Under the pieces are notes generated by a model. That model made no database searches. It was not told where the DNA came from and was given only the letters and a program-made list of their open reading frames with translations. From contig OY986950.1 in NCBI GenBank assembly GCA_963920595.1, positions 4,464,001 to 4,528,000 on the forward strand: 64,000 bases of DNA. The letters are read 5' to 3'. The DNA comes from Eimeria praecox. Lineage: Eukaryota. The translations under genes were made by a program, and so were the position numbers. Positions 56,126-64,000 of the stretch are shown here, piece by piece. Positions within the stretch are counted from its first letter, which is position 1; each line of letters begins with the position of its first letter.

Positions 56126-56615
56126 GCAGGGCAACATTCTGTTTCCTTTCAAGCAGTGAGAAGGTCGATTCTGAGTGTGGATACTGTTGCCGAACTCTGC
56201 CTTTGAAACACCCTTATTTCAAATCACCAGTTTATCCTGAGGCCGGATAAACTTTGTGGAAGAAGGACCCAAATTTCATGTTTTGTGTTTGCTCAGTGTG
56301 TGCACATTTGAAATGGAGGGTAGCATAAACCATGCATTCTCAAATGTTGAAGGATTTCGACGAATTAGAGGGGAGTATAATATGAAACGGAAGGAGTAAG
56401 GAAGCGTGCTGCAAGTACTTCCATAATTATCGTTTATGTGTGCGAACTCCTTTACATCAAACAGAACGACCATCAAATAGAACGATGATATTAAAGAAGT
56501 CCTGCAGCCTGGTGCAAGTGTTCATTTCATTGGATCCTACACTTGCGAAATCCACTACACCTAGTTCGAGAGGAAAGCGATATTCGGAGGAAGCACGGTT
56601 CAAATGATAAAAACA

Positions 56616-56686
56616 TGCGTCTGCCGGGAATCGAACCCGGGTCACCTCGATGGCAACGAGGTATTCTACCACTAGACCACAAACGC
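56616..56686 (-). tRNA. tRNA-Gly (GCC), copy 5
   Basis: Identical 71-nt gene with an adjacent T5. Confidence 0.97.
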
Positions 56687-56909
56687 GAGGCACGACTCCC
56701 TGGATTTCTCTTGACTTTAGAAGGTGCCGATGAATATATATCCAGGCAACACTCTGCGTTACGGTGCAGCAAGAACCCTTATATATAGTAGATTATGGCG
56801 TGCACATACACTACAACTTGGTACGTGTTTATCCTGTACGGTAGATCGCTCACTCCGCTACCGGGGAAGCTGCATGCATTTAAGAAGACCCCATTCGAAG
56901 GGCAAAAAG

Positions 56910-56980
56910 TGCGTCTGCCGGGAATCGAACCCGGGTCACCTCGATGGCAACGAGGTATTCTACCACTAGACCACAAACGC
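56910..56980 (-). tRNA. tRNA-Gly (GCC), copy 6
   Basis: Identical 71-nt gene; T5 terminator at 56904-56908. Confidence 0.97.
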
Positions 56981-57098
56981 CTGACCACTGGACAGATCTC
57001 AGGGGTAGCACTCGCACACCTTCTGGAGGGCAGTCAGGCTGCCTGGGGACTGTGAAGCCCCAGAAGAACAGTGATGCAATTGAATTAAGTTAAATATA

Positions 57099-57169
57099 TG
57101 CGTCTGCCGGGAATCGAACCCGGGTCACCTCGATGGCAACGAGGTATTCTACCACTAGACCACAAACGC
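57099..57169 (-). tRNA. tRNA-Gly (GCC), copy 7
   Basis: Identical 71-nt gene in a 189-bp tandem unit. Confidence 0.97.
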
Positions 57170-57287
57170 CTGACCACTGGACAGATCTCAGGGGTAGCAC
57201 TCGCACACCTTCTGGAGGGCAGTCAGGCTGCCTGGGGACTGTGAAGCCCCAGAAGAACAGTGATGCAATTGAATTAAGTTAAATATA

Positions 57288-57358
57288 TGCGTCTGCCGGG
57301 AATCGAACCCGGGTCACCTCGATGGCAACGAGGTATTCTACCACTAGACCACAAACGC
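57288..57358 (-). tRNA. tRNA-Gly (GCC), copy 8
   Basis: Identical 71-nt gene in a 189-bp tandem unit. Confidence 0.97.
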
Positions 57359-57475
57359 TTGACCACTGGACATCACGCAGCAGCGGCAGTACCACACCTT
57401 CCGGAGGGCAGTCAGGCCGCCTGGGGTCTGTAAAGCCCCAGAAGAACAGTGATGCAACTGAATTAAGTTAATATA

Positions 57476-57546
57476 TGCGTCTGCCGGGAATCGAACCCGG
57501 GTCACCTCGATGGCAACGAGGTATTCTACCACTAGACCACAAACGC
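57476..57546 (-). tRNA. tRNA-Gly (GCC), copy 9
   Basis: Identical 71-nt gene. Confidence 0.97.
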
Positions 57547-57664
57547 TTGACCAATGGACAGACCCCAAGGGTGGCACTCGCACACCTTCCGGAGGGCAGT
57601 CAGGTTGCCTGGGGACTGTAAAGCGACAGAAGAGCAGAGATCCAACGGAAATAAACCAAATGAA

Positions 57665-57735
57665 TGCCTCTGCCGGGAATCGAACCCTGGTCACCTCGAT
57701 GGCAACGAGGTATTCTACCACTAGACCACAAACGC
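57665..57735 (-). tRNA. tRNA-Gly (GCC), copy 10, variant or possible pseudogene
   Basis: Two substitutions (57668, 57688) create G3-G70 and A50-G64 mismatches. Confidence 0.8.
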
Positions 57736-57854
57736 TTGGCCCTCTAGCATGTCGCACAGGCGCCATACCCACAGCTTCCTCTAGGCCTATCAGGTTGCGT
57801 AGAGTCTGTACAGCGCCAGAAGAGCAGTGATCCAACTGAAATAAGCTAAATATG

Positions 57855-57925
57855 TGCGTCTGCCGGGAATCGAACCCGGGTCACCTCGATGGCAACGAGG
57901 TATTCTACCACTAGACCACAAACGC
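57855..57925 (-). tRNA. tRNA-Gly (GCC), copy 11
   Basis: Identical 71-nt gene. Confidence 0.97.
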
Positions 57926-58037
57926 TTGACCACTGGACAAATCCCAGTAGTGGCACACCTTCGGGGAGGCAGGTAGGCCGGCCTGGGACTGTAGAGAGCA
58001 GTATAAAGGCAGTCCCGCTTCAAATAGTATATATACG

Positions 58038-58108
58038 TGCGTCTGCCGGGAATCGAACCCGGGTCACCTCGATGGCAACGAGGTATTCTACCACTAGACC
58101 ACAAACGC
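58038..58108 (-). tRNA. tRNA-Gly (GCC), copy 12
   Basis: Identical 71-nt gene. Confidence 0.97.
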
Positions 58109-58346
58109 GTAATGCGACGCTGTTTTCCTCGGGCTATGCGAGACGTTTGAGAGTGCGCCCCGGGGGGCAAGACTCTGCTAAACTGTTCAGCAAAAACCCG
58201 CATAGTATATGGAACACGAGAAACCCAGTACATATGCTCCGGGTTAGCATGCAATAATGGGCTCGACTAAACCGCTCTACAGGTACTTTGCCATCAAGAA
58301 AGCTTTGCATGCATTTTTAGAACATCTTGATCCAGTAGCACATAAA

Positions 58347-58417
58347 TGCGTCTGCCGGGAATCGAACCCGGGTCACCTCGATGGCAACGAGGTATTCTAC
58401 CACTAGACCACAAACGC
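58347..58417 (-). tRNA. tRNA-Gly (GCC), copy 13
   Basis: Identical 71-nt gene. Confidence 0.97.
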
Positions 58418-58556
58418 GGTAGACTATGCGTTCAATGCCATCCGAAATTCACAGATTATTTTGTATTTGGCTAAGTGCTTCTCTTCTTCAGTTTTGTAAG
58501 CTTGTTTACTTGAACGGCGGCGAGCTAGAGGCTCTTTTGTTATCAAATAGCAAAAG

Positions 58557-58627
58557 TGCGTCTGCCGGGAATCGAACCCGGGTCACCTCGATGGCAACGA
58601 GGTATTCTACCACTAGACCACAAACGC
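58557..58627 (-). tRNA. tRNA-Gly (GCC), copy 14
   Basis: Identical 71-nt gene with an adjacent T4. Confidence 0.97.
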
Positions 58628-59113
58628 CTCAGTCGGCTGCACACGCGCTGCTGTGCTGTTCAACAAGCAGCCATTGGGTATTTGTACGGGAGCTCCAAAA
58701 GAATAAAATGTGATAGGCGTACCCAAGTTTTTGAAATAGTACACCTGCCAGGAAGGGGGCTTTCTTTGATAGAAACACAAACATACAACTCTATAGAAAC
58801 ATTTAATAAGTATACAAATGCCTTTAATAATGCAGCGTATGTACAGTTATTCATCCCCAGAATACCCCCCATATGAAGCCACTGAACCCAGATCACACAA
58901 AGGCTAAAGAGGCTGAGCCAGCGAGCACCCTTAGCCTGTCTTACTCCCCCTTGCATGTTTTCTAGGCACTGAGCCGCCTGCACTGTCTGCTATGCGTAGC
59001 CTAAACTCAACATAATCGTGGAAAGATATCTTCGGGCAACCTGTGATATAAATACATTACAGAAAATTGACAAGCAGTAAAATCTCGATCTTATGACAAA
59101 CAGCAAACAACAT

Positions 59114-59183
<70 letters not shown>

Positions 59184-59827
59184 CATCTTCAATAACAGGG
59201 CCTCAAGCTCCCTAGCTTATGCGTATTTGACCTTCTCTATCGCAGCCAAATCTAGAGGGGTTTTCTTGTTATTTCTTGTTTTTTTTGTTGTTTCTTACAA
59301 TTAGAATATTTTCTTATGAATATTAATGCAATATACTACTAAAGAAACAATTGCAGATGCAGTTCTTGCCAATTGTTGTAATGGAGGCTATGGAGGCGCG
59401 TCTTCTTACTCCTACAGAAACACCTAATGTATCAAAGTCAAATATATATTTTTTCTAAGGGTGAGATCGCTTTGCTATTAACAAAGGATGTGGGCTGGCT
59501 GTGTAACGAGCACTGCAGCCGAGTCCTTGAGAGCGTAGTAAGACTATTCGTGTTCTTATTCTTCTTATTCTTATTATTTATTCTTATTACTATTATAAAT
59601 ATTAGTATTTTTGTTGTTACTCTCTTCTTATTATCCTTAGTATCTACTAACATTATTATAAATATAAATATTTATTATTATTACTCTCGTTCTTATAAGG
59701 ATCTAAACTCGTACGGATATGCTTTCTATTATTATTCATTCCTCTGTATGTTTACTTAATAGTAAACATACAGAGGAATGAATAATAATAGAAAGCTAAG
59801 ACCAGCCTTCAATACAGAGAGAATACC

Positions 59828-59874
<47 letters not shown>

Positions 59875-61114
59875 TGGCAAACAAAGGCAGCAAAATTATT
59901 ACAACAGCTTTCTATTGTTTGTTGACCGGAGGAGGGTCCTTCAGAGGCTGCGTGCTGTTTTTTATAGTTTTTTTAAATTATATAATATTATTATCTCATG
60001 CTTACATTTAATGTTTTTAAACAGAAAAACATTGAAGGAGAGAGGCATATGATGATGGCGCTCAATTAAGTTTATCTTCTTCTTGTTTTGTTTTGTTTAT
60101 GTGCTATTGCAGATTCAGATACAGGAGAAAAACCTAGTACTAGTACTAAGCATCCCTTGTTGTATAAGCAATGAATCCAATGAATGAATACATTCTTTAA
60201 ATGGCTTTCAAATAGACATAATTTCTTCTAAATTAATTAAATAAATATATTAATTTCGTTTATTCTTCATGAGGAAGCCCCCAGAATGCTCACAGTCCCA
60301 GCCAGACACTCACTACCGTCTGTGCCTTATGGTCGAGGGGTAGAAAAGAAGTTAAATAAACAGCAAATTTTATTGGATTTTCGAGATTAATTCATATTTG
60401 ATGTTTATCTTTTCATGGTTTTCTTTTTATTATAAATGCTTCATGGTGTAGCCATAATCGGAGTGTAGTGTTGCGCTGAGCACACACCATTGCAGGCGCC
60501 TACATGCTGAAAGCTTGTTGATCATACATAATCCTTCGTCTTAGTTTGTATGTTGATATATTATTTAAATTTTCTTTTTTATTTAGATAAATATTTCCAG
60601 AAGATTCTTCGAGATTCCTATCATTAGTACGTGCTGACCGCTGGGGCCGCGCCACACATAGACCAGCGACTCGGGAGCCGAAGCAGACTGCATGTTGTTT
60701 GTTTTTTTCTTCTTTTTCTTCTTTCTTTTTTAAATATAACAACGAAGAATTGAAAATTAAAGCCATTAAACCTTCTTTACCGAAGATAGAAAGTCCGAAT
60801 CCTTCCAGTTATCCCCTCGGTCGCTGTTGAATGTAGCCGTCAGCAGCTCTTGTTGCTGCCTCTAGATCGTAAAATAAATAGAAAAACCTGCTGTTCTAAT
60901 CTATTAAAACCTTCCAAACTCATTTACTACACTAGCAGCACAAGAGGCAGAGAGGAGGGGGGCCCTGCATGCTGTTGCTATTGAGAGATCTGCGGCAACC
61001 CCACTCAGGATGAGCGCTAGAGGCTTCTCTCTACTTCTATCGCAGCAGATAGCTGCAGTGTATGTTTAGCTAGCCATTCAAAAAGGCGAGTCTATTATTC
61101 TTTTGTAAACAGGC

Positions 61115-61170
<56 letters not shown>

Positions 61171-61263
61171 CACTGAGCCAACGTAAACTTGAATTGTGGG
61201 AGCAGCTTCTTCTACTCACCCCCCCCCCCTCCCCCCAAAAACCAAAACAAATAAAAAATAAAC

Positions 61264-61489
61264 ATGGCGATAAACAGCAGCGCAGCTCCTCTCACAGATA
61301 AGGAGAGGGAAGAGCTGCGACAGCGGCTGCAGCAACGGCGGCAAGAGCTGCAGCAGCAGCAGCAGCACGTAAGACAGCTACAAGGAAGGGCTTCAGATGC
61401 TGTGAGGGAGAGTGTTCTCGCCTACGGAAATGCTGGGGCCCCTGCAGCGGGAGAGGAGACAGATATTTCTCAGGTGAAGGACTTGCCCC

Positions 61490-61533
<44 letters not shown>

Positions 61534-61721
61534 AGCAACTGGAGCAGCAGCTGTTACAGTAGCAATAGCAGCAGCTTTTGCAGCAGCTGAAGCAGCACCA
61601 GTTGTTGGAGTAGCTGCAGCAGCAGCAACTACAGCAGCAACAGCAGCAACAACAACTACTACAGCATCAGCAGCAGCAGCAGCAGCAACTACAGCAGCAA
61701 CAGCAGTAACAACAACTACTA

Positions 61722-61756
<35 letters not shown>

Positions 61757-62540
61757 TCTGTATCTGTGTTCTGTTGTTTCTCTGCTGCATGCAGAGCGTA
61801 GCTTCTCTCCTCCACGAAGTTCTAGCGTCTGTACAGTCGGAGGCTCAGGCAGCACAGCAGCAAGGACAAGCAGCAGCAGCAGCAGAAAGCCAACCATCTG
61901 CTGCTAAGGGGCCTCCTACTTCCTCCTCTAGACCCTCTGCTGTACCTGCTGCTGCTCTAGAGTGAGATTCTGCTGCTGATGCTGCTGCTATTGCTGCTGC
62001 TGATGCTATTGCTGCTGCTGCTGCTATTGCTGCTGCTGCTGCTATTGCTGCTGCTGATGCTATTGCTGCTGGTGCTATTGCTGCTGCTGCTGCTGTTGCT
62101 GCTGCTATTGAAACAGCAGCAGCAGCAGCAGCAGCGACTTTGGCAGCAGCCCAGAGCAGCAGCTCTCGTATGCATGCATCGAGTCCTCCACTTCATTAGA
62201 TATATTTATTTAATTAATTAATTAATTAATTAATTAATTTATTTATTTATTTATTTATTTATATTTTTCTTTACATTTTCTTGTCTGTACACTCCAACGC
62301 CTTCGCTTTAAATGAAGAAAGTAAACAAACAGAAATGCTGCAGCTCGCTGCAGACAAACTCCTGTGCTGCATGCTGCTGCTGCTGTTTGCTGCTGCTGCT
62401 GCTTGCTGCTGCTGCTGTTTGCTGCTGCTGCTGTTTGCTGCTGCTGCTGCTGCTGTTGCAGTCATCGCGGCCTCGGGTTTAAACTCGCGAAGCTGGAGCC
62501 CGCAGACACAGCCATTCAACCCAAGGCAAGCAAGATGTCC

Positions 62541-62572
<32 letters not shown>

Positions 62573-63005
62573 TTGCTGCTGCTGCTGTTGCTGCTGTTGC
62601 TGCTGCTGCTGCTACTACTGCTGCTGCTGCTACTGGTGCTGCTGCCTCTGCTATTGGTGCTACTGCTGCTGCTGCTATTATTGCTGCTGCTACTTCTGCT
62701 GCTGCTACTACTGCTGCTGTTGCTGCTGCTCCTGCAGCAGCAGCAACAACAACAGCAGCAGCAGCAGCAATGTGTTATGTTTACTATTTGTTGTTAACGT
62801 TTGTGTTACCACTCAGACAGTAGAAACATTCAGCCGAGGGGTTCAAGCATGCATAGAAGAAAATATAATGTCTCCTGAGGGGACGCCCAGCAGTGAAGGA
62901 GAGGCGGGATTAACTGTAAGAACATTGCAATCTAACAGAATATATTATTTATTATTATTATATTATTATTGTAATATTATATTATTATTATTATATTCTG
63001 TATAC

Positions 63006-63061
<56 letters not shown>

Positions 63062-63068
63062 GTATGTA

Positions 63069-63110
<42 letters not shown>

Positions 63111-63717
63111 TATTAGTTATTATGTTTATTGTTTTAAATATATATTTAATTAGTTATTATTATGCTGTTTTAAATATATGTTTTATTAATTATTATTATA
63201 TTGATTTAAAGATATATTTTATTATATTTATATCCTTTTAAATATTTATATCTACTTAATTATTATTATATTAATTTAAATATATATTTACTTAATATTA
63301 TAATATCTAAAAGAAAATAGTTAAAGACAGTTGTTAAGAGACAAACTAAAAAAGAAGAAATGCTACTGCTGCTTTGTTTGCTGCTGCTGCTTCCTTTGCT
63401 GCTGCTGCTTTGTGTGCTGCTGCTGCTGTTGCTGCTGCTGCTTTGTGTGCTGCTGCTGCTGTTGCTGCTGCTGCTTTGTGTGCTGCTGCTGCTGTTGCTG
63501 CCGCTGCTGCTTCCTTTGCTGCTGCTGCTGCAGGCAGCTAACACTTTAACAAAAACTCTAACGATGAAGGGGGCGAGCCCGCTGCTGTCTGCAGCAGAAG
63601 TTGAGCGCAGCAACAAACCTGCTGCTGCTGCTGCTGCTGCCGCCCCACAGGCTGCTGCTGCCGCCCCACAGGCTGCTGCTGCTGCTGATGCTGCTGCTGC
63701 TGCACCTAAGGCAATTC
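61264..63717 (+). CDS. Probable cytoplasmic dynein intermediate chain, 5' part (continues beyond the window)
   Basis: Exons 61264-61473, 61795-61961, 62462-62525, 62817-62915, 63534-63717 join in frame. N-terminal charged coiled coil (DKEREELRQRLQQRRQEL), then LGFKLAKLEPADTAIQPKTVETFSRGVQA, resembling the Tctex/LC8-binding segment of dynein IC. The WD40 domain is not in the window. Confidence 0.55.
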
Positions 63718-63809
63718 GTAAGCTTCCATCAATCTTGCTGCTGCTTCCCCACACCTTAAAATTTATATAACAGCTAGATATGACCTTGGGAGGCTGCTGT
63801 TGCTGCTGT

Positions 63810-63841
<32 letters not shown>

Positions 63842-63910
63842 AAGTCTTTCTTTCACAGTATTTGCTGCTGCAGAGAGAGAAGCGATAAAGAGACGAAATA
63901 ATGTAAAACA

Positions 63911-63994
<84 letters not shown>

Positions 63995-64000
63995 GCGTAT

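Noticed and set aside
56981..57098. Spacers as box C/D snoRNAs
   Set aside because: CTGA occurs, but there is no RTGATGA box C on the transcribed strand, and hairpin substitutions do not show consistent covariation.
55113..58627. CRISPR-like repeat-spacer array
   Set aside because: The 71-bp repeat is a complete tRNA-Gly, spacers are long and mutually homologous, there are no cas genes, and the genome is eukaryotic.
55439..58876. ORFs containing MRLPGIEPGSPRWQRGILPLDHKR or VCGLVVEYLVAIEVTRVRFP
   Set aside because: Translations of tRNA genes or their antisense strand.
59340..60800. Possible small exons upstream of the dynein-IC-like gene
   Set aside because: Splice-like sites exist, but candidate exons contain stops in the frames checked and no coherent model could be built.

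Overview
Eukaryotic genomic DNA with the hallmarks of an Eimeria-type coccidian (Apicomplexa): pervasive (CAG/CTG)n encoding poly-Ala/Gln/Ser, interstitial telomere-like AAACCCT heptamers, TGCATGCA octamers, (TA)n microsatellites, spliceosomal introns and a decayed Ty3/gypsy retroelement. Most ORFs in the supplied track are repeat artefacts. Gene models were rebuilt by hand from splice sites and reading-frame continuity. In order they are: a UBA-PUB (p97 cofactor) gene, RAD6/UBC2, an ankyrin+TPR gene, a mitochondrial uS15-like gene, a HEATR6-like gene, tRNA-His, an RNF4-like SIM+RING ligase, an ASH2L-like SPRY gene, a divergent Rad21/Rec8-family kleisin, an array of 14 tRNA-Gly(GCC) genes, and the 5' part of a probable cytoplasmic dynein intermediate chain. 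There is one 200-N assembly gap. The most interesting observations are four. (1) The core of the tRNA-Gly array has no Pol III terminators between units, suggesting a natural polycistronic tRNA-spacer transcript. (2) The kleisin is highly divergent and may carry an extra winged-helix domain. (3) There is a candidate SUMO-targeted ubiquitin ligase whose RING is split by 128 residues. (4) Some introns are bracketed by complementary telomeric repeats. All family assignments come from motif recognition by eye and need HMM or structure confirmation.
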